The translations under genes were made by a program, and so were the position numbers. A stretch of 64,000 bases of DNA. Origin: the human T2T-CHM13v2.0 reference genome, Homo sapiens. Shown here one piece after another: positions 15,009 through 28,236 of this stretch; within the stretch, counting starts at the first letter, position 1, and each line of letters opens with the position of its first letter. A model generated the notes under the pieces. That model was not told the origin of the DNA. It saw only the letters and a list, made by a program, of their open reading frames with translations, and ran no database searches. The stretch lies in NCBI RefSeq assembly GCF_009914755.1, contig NC_060929.1. The stretch is one strand, 5' to 3'.

Positions 15009-17635
15009 TGTTATGGTATTTCTAGAATATTGCATCTCTCCAAAATTGTTGAAATTGAATCCTTAATGTGATGCTATTTGGAAGTGGGGGCTTTGAACGT
15101 TGATTAGGCTTATGAATGGGATTAGTGCCCTTATTAAGAAGACCCCAGGGATCTCTCTTGTGCTGTTTCTGTCATGTGAGGATACAAGGAGAAGATGGCT
15201 GTATATAACCTGAAATAGGGCTTTCAGTAGGAACTGACCATGCTGGCACACTGATCTTGGATTTCCAGCCACCTGAACTGTGAGAAATAAATGTCTGTTT
15301 TTTAACCCACCAAGTCGATGGTAATTTTCTATAGCAGCTTGTATTAGTCTGTTCTCACACTGCTGATTAAGATATACCTGAGACTGGGTAATTTATAAAT
15401 GAAAGAGGTTTAATGGGCTCACAGTTCCACATGGCTGGGGAGGCCTCACAATCATGGAGGAAGGCAAAGAAGAAGCAAAGACGAGAGCTTGTGAAGGGGA
15501 AATCCCATTTATAAAACCATCAGATCTCCTGAGACTTATTAACTACCATGAGAACAGTATGGGGGAAACTGCCCCCATGATTCAATTACCTCCACCTGGC
15601 CTCACCCATGACATGTGGGGATTATTACAATTCTAGTTGAGATTTGGGTAGGGACAAAGCCAAACCATATCATTCTGCCCCTTGCCAATCCCAAATCTCA
15701 CATTTCAAAACAAATCATGCCCTCTCAATGGTTGCCCAAAGTCTTAACTCATTTCCACATTAACTCAAAAGTCCACAGTCCAAAGTCTCATCTGAGACAA
15801 GGAAAGTCCCTTCTGCCTATGAGCCTATAAAAGCAAAAGCAAGTTAGTTATTTCTTAGGTACAATGGGGTTACAGGCATTGGCTGAATACGCATGTTCCA
15901 AATGGGAGAAACTGGCTAAAACAAAGGAGCTGCAGGCCCCATGCAAGTCCAAAGTCCAGAACAGCAGTCAAATATTAAAACTCCAAAATGATCTATTTTG
16001 ACTCCATGTCTCACATCCAAGTCATGCTGATGCAAGAGATGGGTTTCCATGGTCTTGGGCAGCTCATCCCTGTGGCTTTGCAGCCCCCTTCCTGGCTGTT
16101 TTCATGGGCAGGCATTGAGTGTCTGCAGCTTTTCCAGGCACACGGTGCAAGCTTTCGGTGGATCTACCATTCTGGGGTCTGGAGGGTGGTGGCCATCTTC
16201 TCACAGCTCCACTAGGCAGTGCCCCAATGAAAACTCTGTGTGGGGACTCCAACCCCACATTCCTTTCTGCACTGCCCTAGCAGAGGTTGTCCATGAGGGC
16301 TCTGCCCCTGAAGCAGACTTCTGCCTGGCTATCCAGGTGTTTTCATACATCCTCTAAAATCTAGACGGATGTTCCTAAACTTCAGTTCTTGACTTCTGTG
16401 CACCCACGGGCCCGACACCATGGGGAAGCTGCCAAGGTTTGAGGTTTGAACCCTCTGAAGCAATGGCCTGAGCTCTATGTTGGCCCCTTTTAGCCATGGC
16501 TTGGATGCAGGGCACCAAGTCCTGAGACTGCACAAAGCAGCAAGGCCCTAGGCCTGGCCCACCAAACCATGCTTTTCCTCCTAGGCCTCTGGGCCTATGA
16601 TGGAAGGGGCTACTGGAAAGGTCTCTGACATGCCCTAGAGGTGTTTTTCCCATTGCCTTAGTGATTAACATTTGGCTTCTCATTACTTATGAAAATTTCT
16701 GCAGCCAGCTTGAATTTCTCCTCAGAAAATGGGATTTTCTTTTCTATTGCATTGTCAGGCTACAAATTTTCTGAACTTCTATGCTCTCCTTCCCTTTTAA
16801 ACATAAGTTTTAATTTCAAACCATAACTTTGTGAATACATAATACTGAATGCTTTTAACGACACCAAAGTCACCTCTTGAACACTTCGCTGCTTACAAAT
16901 TTCTTCTGCCGATGCCCTAAATTATCTCTTGGAAGTTCAAAATCTCTAGAGCAGGGGCAAAATGCCACCAGTCTTTTGGATAAATCATACCAACAGTCAC
17001 CTTTATTCCAATTCCCAAGCTTTTCATCTCTATCTTAGATGAGCAGCATTTGGTCGAAGCCATTCAATAAATCTCAAGGAAGTTCCAAACTTTTCCACAT
17101 CTTCCTGTCTTCTGAGCCCACCAAGTCTTTAGGAAGTTCCAATCTTTCCCACATCTTTCTATCTTCTTCTGAGCCCTCCAAACTGTTCCAAGCTCTGACT
17201 GTTACCCAGTTCCAAAGTCACTTCCACATTTTCAGGTATCTCTACAGCAGAGACCCACTCCCAGTACCAATTTACTGTATTAGTCTGTTCTCGCACTGCT
17301 AATAGACCTACCCAAGACTGGGTAATTTATAAGGGAAAGAGGTTTAATGGACCACAGTTCCACATGGCTGGGGAGGCCTCACAGTCATGGCAGGAGGCAA
17401 AGGGGAAGCAAAGGCACATCTTACATTGTGGCAGACAGGAGAGCTTGTGCAGGGGAATTCCCACTTATAAAAATCATCAGGTCTCCTGAGACTTATTCAC
17501 CACCATGAGAAAAGTATGGGGGAAATTGCCCCATGATTCAATTATCTCCACCTGGCCCTGCCCTTGACATGATTCAAGGTCAGATTTAGGTGGGGACATA
17601 GCCAACCCATATTACAGCCCAAACTGACCAAGACA
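15009..17635 (+). mobile_element. MLT1A0 LTR split by THE1 (segments 15009-15339 and 17615-17635)
   Basis: ATGAATGGGATTAGTGCCCTTAT...CATGCTGGCACACTGATCTTGG...ACTGTGAGAAATAAAT...TATAGCAGC, terminal CAGCCCAAACTGACCAAGACA found after the THE1. Confidence 0.85.
15340..17614 (-). mobile_element. Full-length THE1 (THE1C-like) MaLR: LTR 15340-15672, internal 15673-17275, LTR 17276-17614
   Basis: Both LTRs read TGTATTAGTC...CCATAT(C/T)A; typical THE1-int between them; 5-bp TSD CAGCT (15335-15339) / CAGCC (17615-17619). Confidence 0.95.
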
Positions 17636-20600
17636 CCAGGCAAGATAGTATGTCACTCTGAAATGAGATGAATGATTCTGTCTAAATATGTAATGTGAGT
17701 GAATATGTTAGGTAGGAAGGAGAAAAAGTCCTCTGATTAACATAGAATCTGAATGTCTTTTTTAGTTTATAGCAGAAGATTGAGAATTCTCCCAGGGGAT
17801 TGGTCATTATTGCATTATGATACCATGTATGTGGGTAGCAAGACAGGTGAAGTTCTCTACACATTCTAGAGTGAGTTTTTAAAGTTCAAGCCACCCTGGG
17901 CCATGGGGATTCTCTAGTTAACAGAACTCAGACACATTTGCACAGTTAAAGCAAAGGTTTCTTTTAGCATATTTCAACTCTTTAAGTTGTTTCTCATAAA
18001 AAAAAGTCTAATTCTTGATTTTAGTCCTTTATTAGCACCCTTAAATATTGCAAACTACACCATCCTATACTAGAAATGATCCAGCACTCAAATAAAGATC
18101 ATCTGCCATTTGATTTTTGAATTAGAAGAAATCGTATGCTTTGGGGAAGAAAAGTCAGCTATAAAATTAATTTGGTTGAATGTTGAGAAACTGCTCTCAG
18201 CTGCCTTGTGCAGAATTAGATAAGAAACAAGGAAAATGACTCCACTCTTTCCAGTGCCCTTATCAATTTCTTATCTGATCTACCCCATTAACTCTTCTTA
18301 TAGCTCACTGTTAAATCCTATTGTCTATTTAGCACTGTGGCATGGCTGCAATGTTTTGATGGATATCATTTCTGGGGACTAGGGTATTTAAAAACTGTAT
18401 TATTTTAAATTACTTTTCTGTAAATATCAACTTCAATTGAATACCTGAGCTGCCACTTTTTGAATTTCCCTTTAATCAAAACTGCAGCTACCACGGCTAC
18501 TGAAGGAAGTACCTCAGTGCCGGTACAGAGTTAGCTCTAAATTTATGCTCCCAGTGGAAAGAACCCAAAATTAATTTTCAGTGGACTGTTTTCAGAAGGG
18601 TTGTGGGAGGGCTCAGAAATGACTGTAAGGGTAATGAACATGCATCTATTAGGAGTGGTAGCTTGAACCTGTGGAACAAAAGGGGTGCCTTGGGGACATA
18701 TGAATGTTCTCGTTAGGAGTATACATTTTAAGAGTACAAGTTCTGTTCTAACACGTTTTTGGGAAAAACACAAATCTTTGTCGTGCGTTTTTTTTTTTCT
18801 GTAACTATTTTACTTATGCCTGCCAAAATCTCAGCCAAAAATTTCTAATGTGCTAAATGAGCTAATCTCTGAGGTTTCTTCCACCTTTAAAATTCTACAA
18901 CTCTGTGGCAACCATTACTGCAAATGTGCTCATGGTTATAGTTTGTCCCCTAAAATAAAAATGGAAAAAGCAGATGAAGATCCAGGTGCCACATGAAAAA
19001 GCAAAATGACTAACTGTATCAACGTGAGGTACATTGTGTCCTTGCTCAACTACAAGGCAAATTTTCTGGAGTAATTTGCTGTCTACTTATCTTTGTGTAT
19101 AGAAATCCACGTACTCCGTGTGTAAAAAAACTAATTTCACACCAGGAAATTAAAAGCATATTAGTCAAGACAGCTATGAAGTATGATGACTAAAATTATT
19201 TCATTTTATTTTCTCAAGTATGTGTCAATAAATACTAAGTCTATTAATTGAAGATTTACAGAAAGTTATAGCTACTTTATATTAAGGAAGGTAAGATCGA
19301 AATAAGCCATAGCACCTTTTTTTAAATTAATGCACTTGAAAATTTGATGTGCCTAATGGGAGTGTTTTTAATGAATTATATATTTATATGTATGAAACTC
19401 AGGAACTAAAATCAAACATAAGAATTTTCAAATGATCTTTATACGTGTTACTAGTGTAATTCTTAGACTTTCTACTCAGTGAGAGAACAAATGAATTTAA
19501 TAAAGAAGTAAGAAGTTAGATGTGCATTGCAAATATGACAAGATGTTCAAATACTTAAAATATAGATATAATTGTTTTCACGTTTGTTTTTTCATGTTTG
19601 TTTTTGATTATAAAAAGAAATATAGAAGCAAAATGTTGACAGTAGCTCTATACACCTAAGTGAAATAGCCTTAACACAAATGAAATGGTGTTTTGGCTAT
19701 ACACATATCTTATGTATGTGGCTCGGTTTATGAAGTCGGTTGATGCTAAATCTTACTTTTCCCCATTGAGTCAAATTTATCTTTCCCAAGTAACCACCCA
19801 TTTTAGTCATTTAAACATTATTTAGAGGGCTGAATATACAAATGTAATCAACCTCTAGAGGAAAACTGCTATCGGGGTGATGAGAAGCTGTAAGCAGAGA
19901 CTGTATAGAGATTGCCTGAACTCTAAGTGTTGAAAAAGCAGAGGACCTTTAAAAAAGGTGATTGCAAGCTGAGGATCATGTATTAGAAGTGAATTTACTC
20001 AACCGACTTTAGTTCAAGGACCTGTAAATCTCACTGTTTAAAATTTTATTCTTGTTCAGAAACACAAAGATTATCAATATAAGTACTTTTGCAGTGGGAA
20101 ATGGAAGCTCATGGACAGAAGAACAGTGAGTTATCAAAGAATGTGTCTTCTCACTCAAATTGGCAGGACAAGAAGCCCGTGGACTAATACCTGGGGCTGC
20201 ATGTCCAGTAGGAAACCCACAGTAATGGAGTAGCATAGGTGAGCATCCTCTGCCTTTCCTATAAGTATCTGTATCCTCACCTTACATACTGGATTTTCTG
20301 TACCACTGCCCAAATAAACAGCACTGGTCGCAGTGTGGGAGAGGGGTGGGGTGTGGGGTACTTCACATCACTGCAAATACCACCTACAATGCTGCTTCCT
20401 CACTTTCCACCAATTAGATCCAAACTTGTTCAGAATCATTTTCCCTGCACAATGATACTGGTTACAGGAATATTTATGTCAGGATAAAATTTTTAATCTT
20501 CTCTTTAAGTAAATTGTTTGGCCAATCTGAGAAGAAATGAGATTCCTGGTCTGCTGAAAACAAAGAAATGAGAGCAGAGGGGGAGGAAATTCTAAATGTC

Positions 20601-21664
20601 CATACTGGATACACAGTTCCAAAATAGAAAAGGAAAATATAAATATTTCTGGCGAGCAAATGCTCCACATAAAATGTCAATGCCTTCATACCAACATCTG
20701 GTTTAAGTTCAACTGCTTGCCTTATCCCGCGCCCTCTAACAAAAAAACAAATCCTGCTAGTCCAAATGTTCTGACAACTTAACCAGGACATACTGCAAGG
20801 ACATACATTCTGGAGAGGGAGTTTCTGGATTTGAAGAATTCTAAAACCAAGAAAAGCCTCACTGACTACGTAAGTTAACCATCTCAATTATTCTTTTATA
20901 TGTAAATAGAAACACTTGAGTATCATTAATTGCACAAAAAGAAAACGTCAGAATGAACAACAGGCTAATTTATCTATAGACAACAAGTAATAATAGGCAA
21001 AAAGAATTTTTGGAGGGAAATGGAAACTCTTCATTATTATTCAGGCATCGTTGATATAAAATTGACTTCATTAAAATATATACTGCCCATTATTGCGATG
21101 GAGTCACTAAGGAAATTTGAAATCTTGATGATTATTTTTAGAGAAAAATTCTTATATACTAAATTATATACAGCCCAAAACAATAACAATTATCATTATT
21201 TGTTTTATTTGCAAGCTCTTCCCCTTTTAAGAGCTTTATCTGATAATGAGAAATCCATCAAATTAGAAAATATACTTTATATCAGGAAAGTGGAAGGCAT
21301 GTTTTATAGTAGCTTTAATTAAGATTTTTTGTATTTGCAAATATTGGACTCCTGAATAAAATATGTCAAATGCTGTGAGCATCAAACTTAAACTTATTTC
21401 ACATAAACTATACTTACAAAAATACATAATTTTCCAGCTTTTACTGGCCCAGCACATTTAGCTTTCAAAAGCAAAAAAGCTGGAAATAATTCAGAAAGAA
21501 GTGAAAAATTAGCAAATATTATTGTTCTCTTGGATGAATGTGTTTTATCAAACATATATAATGTCAAATTTCATTTGAAAAATGACTACTGATGCAAGTT
21601 TTTGAAGATATGTAATATTAATTTCTTAGAACAAGTCAGTTTTAAGTAACATTAAATGTACGTA

Positions 21665-22057
21665 TGTTATGAGTTGAATTGTGTCTCCCAAAACTCTTAT
21701 GTGAAGTTCCTAAGCCCCAGAATTTCAGAAGTGACCTTATTTGGGAATAGGTTCTTTGCAGATATAATTAGTTAAGATGAAGTCATTATGGTGGGCTGTA
21801 AGCCAATGTGATTGGTGTCCTTACACAAAGGGGAAATTTGGAGGCAGACGTGCATAGAGGAATGATGATGTGAAAAGACAGGGAGAAGATGGCTGTCTAC
21901 AAGCCAAGGAGAGAGGGTCGGAACAGATCTTTCCATTAAAACTCAGAAGAAACCAGTCCTGCAAATAGCTTAATTTCAAACTTGTAGCTCCCAGAATTGT
22001 GAGACAATAAATTTCTGTTATTTAACCTACTCAATGATAACACCAGCAAACTAATAA
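21665..22057 (+). mobile_element. MLT1B solo LTR
   Basis: TGTTATGAGTTGAATTGTGTCTCCC...GTGACCTTATTTGGGAATAGG...GGGAGAAGATGGCTGTCTACAAGCCAAGGAGAGAGG...GAGACAATAAATTTCTG. Confidence 0.88.
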
Positions 22058-22239
22058 TATGTGTGTAATAAATTATAAAGCATAAAATAGATTGCAAGAT
22101 ACATCATATTATAAATTATGACAAAATATGCCTATATTATTTTTATAATAATTTTAATGCTATTTGAAGCTTTCATGTTGCCTCCTCAAATAAATACTTC
22201 AAAAAAATGACCAAATTCATCAAAAACATAATGATGAAA

Positions 22240-22530
22240 TAACCCATTTTATTATCTTCTTGATTTTTCTGATTTATTTATATATAACTTTTTACAATGG
22301 CTAGGACCTACAGTAGAATTTTGAGTAGAAGTTGTAAAAGAGGAAATTTTCTTATTTCTTATTTGTAAAGAATAAGAAATTTTCTTATTCTTATTTGTAA
22401 ATAATTCAGATTTGGGGCAGCAATTATGATATTGGCAGAGTGGTTGGTACATATTAGTCTTATATATTAATTTTATATATGCATATATATATAAAATGTT
22501 GTATTTTTATTAATCTATGAAGATTGAATT
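22240..22530 (-). mobile_element. Old L1 ORF2 fragment
   Basis: TGGCTAGGACCTACAGTAGAATTTTGAGTAGAAGTTGTAAAAGAGG matches the reverse complement of L1 RT-region sequence. Confidence 0.65.
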
Positions 22531-23307
22531 TTAAAAGTATACCTTACAGTTTAAGAATCTATCAGGTGACAGTACTGTATACTATTAAATTTTATCTCCG
22601 TAGAGTAGTAGAAATACAATCTTAAATCACATTCAGATAGGAACAGAAAAACAAAACTCAACAAAAAATAACTACCATGAACAATATCTATTTTCACTTT
22701 TAAAGTACAAAGACATCCATATTTTTATTGCCTCAACGGTAATGGTCAACTGTTGTCAATAGCAATAAAACTAGATTTTGTTTTAATAATCTGCAATATG
22801 ATAAATATCAACTACTTTTGTTTTTACCGTGTTTCTAAGGATATGCTAGACACATTTTAACCAAATAAGTGGAATGTCCTTGATTAAATAAATAATTTTA
22901 CAGATTTCTTCCCCTGTTCTGGGATTGATATTTTCCTAACATATTTTTCTGTCTCCGTTTTATTTTTTTAATTTTATAGAATTGTGTAAGTGGAACAGGA
23001 TGAGCAAAACATGATCTGTGTATCTCCAAATCTTTATTATTTTCTTACATGACTTATTCACAGATTATTCCAACTATGGCTATAATTATTACTGAATGCA
23101 TCTCACATTAAATTTTACGAAATTGTTTAAATTAAGCTTATATAAAAGTCCTGTCTATCTATTTGTCTGCATATGTACATATCCACCTACTTATTATCTA
23201 TGGTTAGATTATAAAATGAAGAGGAGAAAAATTAATGTGAATATAGAAAATACAGTAACTTCTTTGCAAAGATTAATCACCCTAGCTTAGGTTAACTTTT
23301 TAAAAGC

Positions 23308-23345
23308 GTGTGTGTGTGTGAGTGTGTGTGTCTCTGTGTTTGTGC
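23308..23345. repeat. Imperfect (TG)n microsatellite
   Basis: Visible GT run. Confidence 0.8.
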
Positions 23346-23957
23346 ATGCTTGTGATTTTTTCTTGGTCGTTTGGCATAACCTATGTTTGTTAGGAAAACC
23401 TGATGGCATCAATTAATTTAAAATTATTACCAGCTCCCTGAATTTGTATGCCCTCATATAGGTTTATTAGAAAATGAAACTATACACCTTCAATTTTCAT
23501 GAAAGCAGGAGCTCAATGCAGTATCTCATATTTAAAACTATCTATTTACTAATCATGATCAATTCATATACACAGGTGTCATGGCAGCTTAGAAAACACA
23601 TTTACCTGAGTGATCTTGGTTACTCAGGAAAAGTAAATAAAGCTATTTGCTTTAAAAAAATCTTCAAAAACACAGAGAATACACTTTAGTTTGAAATTAT
23701 GTTATAGTTGAAAATCTTAAAAGTGTATAGCTGTTCTGATAAATTCAAATTTATTACTTAAAATTCTGGAATACAAAAAATAAAATAAAAATTACATAAA
23801 TGTAAAAAAACAAAGCAAACAAAGAATTCCTCAACATATATCCTGAAAGTATTTTGGAATCAAATAAACATGACTTTTACATGTCTCTAAATGTATAATT
23901 CTAAAAGATGATACTCACAGCATTTGTCTTACTTTTTTATAATGATCCTCATGGCTA

Positions 23958-24232
23958 TTTTTTTTTAAGTTTCAGGGTACACGTGCAGGATGTGCAGATT
24001 TGTTACATAGATAAATGTGTGGCATGGTGGTTTGCTGCCCCTATCAATCCATCACCTAGGTACTAAGCCTAGCAAGCATTAGCTGTTTTTTTCTAGTGTT
24101 CTCCCTCCTCCCACACCATCCCCTAGTGCCTGTCGTTCTCCTCCCTGTGTCTATGTGTTCTCATTGTTCAGCTTCCACTTATAAGTAAGAGCTTGCAGTG
24201 TTTGGTTTTTTGTACCTGCATCAGTTTGCTGA
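23958..24232 (-). mobile_element. L1PA (about PA8-PA10) 3' end, 5'-truncated
   Basis: GGGTACACGTGCAGGATGTGCAGATTTGTTACATAG...TCACCTAGGTA...TGTGTTCTCATTGTTCAGCT...GTTTGCTGA. Confidence 0.9.
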
Positions 24233-25329
24233 AATTTTCGCATAGAGGGTTATATATTAGAGTAGTGGAATTAATGTAATGGAGAAAATCAATGATGCTG
24301 TATTATTGTGATAAGAATTGTATTTAAATAATGGAATGAAACTAGGAATTCAAGAGTGAGTGTTTTATGTCTAGCTTTCTGTTGGAAACCTCTTTGTGAT
24401 TTGGTTTTGTATTCTTTAAATTTAGGTAATACTGTCATTTCTGTACCTTAAACTACTTCTGAGAATCAGCCAAATAATAAATGTGAGATCTTTTCAGCAG
24501 TTAATTTCTAGATGTGAGCTATTATGTAGTTTCTAGATATTTAGTAAGAGAATAGCAGCAACTTGTTTATCATTTTTTCAAAGTTGTACCAAGGAGAACA
24601 ATTCCTATTATCATAAAGACAGTTTAATTCTAATTGTCAATAAACACAATAGCCATTATTTGTTATTTTATTGGCTGTCAGACAATTTGCTTTTACTTTG
24701 CAGCTATAATTTTATTTTTGTCACACTCATGTCAGCTGCTTAATATAAGTTTTTTACCATTTCAGTGATTTTACAAATCACAGAAAAATTAATATACTTT
24801 GTTCTAGTTCAAGTTTTTTAATTGTAGCAGCTGAAATTTGAACTCAACTTTCTTTTTTAAATTCAATACCCATTTTTCCATATGCTTATATGGTAGATTA
24901 AAGAATTCATTAAAGATAAATTGGCATATTAACTAGGATAGGTCAGATATAAATTTCTAGCATCTCTAGGAATTATAATATAATCAAAACATGGCAGCTG
25001 AAAAGACTAGACCATGTATGGAAAACAAAAATTTCACTCTAAAGTTAAATTGCATAAATGAAGAAGTGACATTAAAAATAAAATTATAAAATTAGACTAT
25101 TGAATCACTGGTGTTAGGAAAGGAGTGTAATTTAATTCTTTTATTAGTATAATACAAATAAATTAGGAGCTAATATTGAAGTATATATACACATACATAC
25201 ATATTCTGACATGAGATGCCAATTTCTGAATTGAGAAGTGCTTTGATTCCCTCTTTTCTTCTCCCTCGTGTGTACATTTTTGAGCTATTGTATGGTTTGT
25301 ATTACTCTAGAGGAAAAATTAGAGAAGCT

Positions 25330-26703
25330 CTGCATTATAGAAAGTTTTCTCAGTGTCTTTGATGATAGTTTTACCTAAAAAACAGTTCTCATCTTTCTTG
25401 CTCTTTGGGAAACATTTGCCACTATGAATCGTATTCCTCCTGAAAATATCTCCTTCCTTAGATTGCATTTCACTCTGTTATCTTTGTCCCCCTTCCTTGA
25501 TGAATACTCTTTCTCCATCTGCTTCACTACCTTTCGTGTTCAGTCTCCTTTATGTAGAATGTTTTATTTTTGCTCTTTTCTCTTTCCTTGGAATTTTACT
25601 TAGGTATAAGTCCTCTTCTTTAAATTTGATATAAATGTTTGAAGTCTGTATCTCTAAAAGGAACTTTCGTATCTGAAGGTCTAAATATATGACAAGCATC
25701 TCCATGTGGGTGTTCTATTGATTATTCATGCCCATCAAGTTAACAAAAAAAAAAAAAAAAACTCACACATTCAATATTTTCTAGTTTCTTGGTTCTCTTC
25801 CTGACATCTCCATTTCCCTCAGCTGTACCACTATTCTTTTAACCATACTTGCTCAAACTATGTGACTTTTATTTTTTTCTCTCCTCTCAATTTCTATGAA
25901 ATGTTAATTATTTTAATTTGAATCCTTTTCACACTTACTACATCCGTGTTATCTCCTTTCTCTTTATCACTCTAGTACATAGGTGTGTTTCATTATTTAT
26001 TGCCCGTGCCCCTATCTTATTATCTCCTGTAGGATCCAACAAATTGATATTTGCTATATTCTGCATGATCATTTTTACTCTTGAGTTCCTGTGGATCATA
26101 TTAATGATCCTTAAAGTCCACCGAGTTAAAGAATACCTGAGTTAAAATTATTTGAGAATGTCTCAAGAGATCTTTTTTATGTTTTCCTGGATTTTTCACC
26201 CTCTATATGGACTTCTTATTTTTAATAGTTACCTCTCAGTTTCCCTTACAGACACCAAGGAATCTTCTTCAAACTGATGTCCCCAGTGCCTCTTGAAAGT
26301 ATTCTGTATTTTATTTCTGAGTACTTCTTTCTCATGCATCTCACTCTGTTTGGAATCTCTATTCCTCTCATCAGGACTACCTGTCAAAACCCTGCTTACT
26401 CTTCAATAATTCCTGCTTCAGGTGCATTTCCTGGCTTCACTCTTTATTTCTATAAAAAAAGTATTTGTGTTTCCAACTTACTATGATTTATGTTTGAGAT
26501 CATCTGGTTTTAGTGTTTTTGTACCATTATGGTGTTTCCATTTTCATTTTCTGTTAATTTATTTTGGTGTACTTATCTCTCCTACATAATGCAGTGTGTT
26601 AGAATTCAGGTGTTACATCTTGTTCATATGTGCACACTGATGATACATTATGTTGTTGTTTTATATGTTGTGTATAATAAAATAAATATTAAATTGAGTT
26701 GAA
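25330..26703 (+). mobile_element. L2 LINE remnant
   Basis: Degenerate L2 ORF2/3' blocks (AGCATCTCCATGTGGGTGTTCTA; TGTTACATCTTGTTCAT...AATAAATATT...TTGAGTTGAA). Confidence 0.55.
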
Positions 26704-27815
26704 ATACAACCCTCATGATTTCTAGCAGATTCATAGTAGGGATGCCTATTTCAAATAAACAGGCACTATGAAACTAGAATCTTGAATTAGCCTGACTCAT
26801 GGAATGTAACGAAAAGGTGATTTATTTTTTGTCACTTTTTCTTTAAAGTGTATCCAGTGATAATGACCCTCCTTTGAATGAAAAGTCAGCATGCCCTGTG
26901 AATTTTCTCCTGACTCTTATTAAATGGATGATTCTATTGCCCCATTAAGTAATAACACGTTTAAATTCAGAACGTGAAAGTGTTCTAAAAATCATGTCAA
27001 TCTTCATTTAGAGAAAAGACACCCTTTCTCTCTACCCCACATGCACTATAAGCCTTTGATAGAGAGGAATTTGCTTGGCTTTTGGTAACATTTTCCCTCA
27101 TCACCCCCTCAGCCTATGAGTTGCTTTTTGGGTTCCTTAAAGTCTGGATCCCAATGTGGTTGCATATTTTCTGAGTTTGGGCTGGTGGAGAGTAGGAATT
27201 AAAGTGTTGCAGCAGCTCTCAGCAAATCCTCTCTTCCCAAATCCTCTCCAATATCTGTATTTTAAGGTTTTTTTTAAATATCCTCTTTGCAGGCTAACAT
27301 TTTTTAAGTGTTAAATTGTGTTACTAAATATTTACTTTGCAGATATCCATATATCTCACAACTCACCTTTGTTTCATGGCATCACCTCATGCAATACTAT
27401 AGAATAAACACCTGGTGCCTTAATGGAAGTCATACTGCCTATCTCACTCTGTAAGCCTCATGAGGATTCATTGTTCCTCCAAGTCAATCATGGTGCAGTC
27501 TGCATTACCATAACACCCAAAGCCTAAATGCCTATATGTACTATAATCCTAAAGTACATAACCATATACATGCATGTGTTTATACACACACATACACATG
27601 CACACACACATAGAATGAATGGAGAATCTGGTGATGGAAAATAATGTTATAAGCATTATATATTATATATTATATTTTATGGTAGGTATTTGCATATCGT
27701 GTGTGTGTGTGTGTATGCCTTTTTTAAAGTTACCAGACCCTCCATTACATCTGCTTTGATCAGTGCCATTGAAGAATGCACTGTAAGCAATGAAGTATAG
27801 TTCAAAGTTACTGTG

Positions 27816-28236
27816 TGATAAAGTATGTCTAGTGTCCACACCCAAATCTCATGTCAAATTGTAATCCCCAGGGTTGGAGGAGGGGCCTGGTGGCAGATGA
27901 TTGGGTCATGGGAGCGGATTTCCCCCTCGCTGTTCTCATAATAGTGAGTGAGTTCTCATGAGATCTGGTTGTTTAAAAGTGTGAGGGACCTCTCACCTCA
28001 CTCTCTCTCTCTCCTGTTCCACCATGGTAGGATGTGCTTGCTTCCCCTTCGCCTTCTGACGTGGTAAAACATGATTGCTTCCCCTTTGCCTTCCCCCATG
28101 ATTGTAAGTTTCCTGAGGCCTCCCAACCATGCCTCTTGCAAAGCCTGCAGAGCTGTAAGTCAATTAAACCTCTTTTCTTCATAAATTACCCTGTCTCAGG
28201 TAGTTCTTTATAGCAGTGTGAGAACGGACAAGTACA
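27816..28236 (+). mobile_element. MSTA solo LTR
   Basis: CCCAAATCTCATGTCAAATTGTAATCCCCA...CATGATTGTAAGTTTCCTGAGGCCTCCC...AATTAAACCTCTTTTCTT...GAACGGACAAGTACA; TSD CTGTG/CTATG. Confidence 0.93.

Noticed and set aside
15430-15445. PRDM9 hotspot motif in the THE1 LTRs
   Set aside because: Both LTRs read CCTCCCCAGCCAT on the minus strand, mismatching CCNCCNTNNCCNC at two positions.
15988-16683. Cluster of overlapping 64-102 aa ORFs
   Set aside because: GC-richer THE1 internal sequence; fragmented remnant, not a gene.
17074-17185. Tandem duplication AGGAAGTTCCAA...TTCTGAGCCC
   Set aside because: As I recall, a standard feature of THE1C/D internal consensus rather than locus-specific.
22343-22401. 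Short direct repeats (also 44781-44807, 46449-46491, 54878-54904) as a CRISPR-like or functional array
   Set aside because: Only two copies each, no spacer series; ordinary slippage duplications in eukaryotic DNA.
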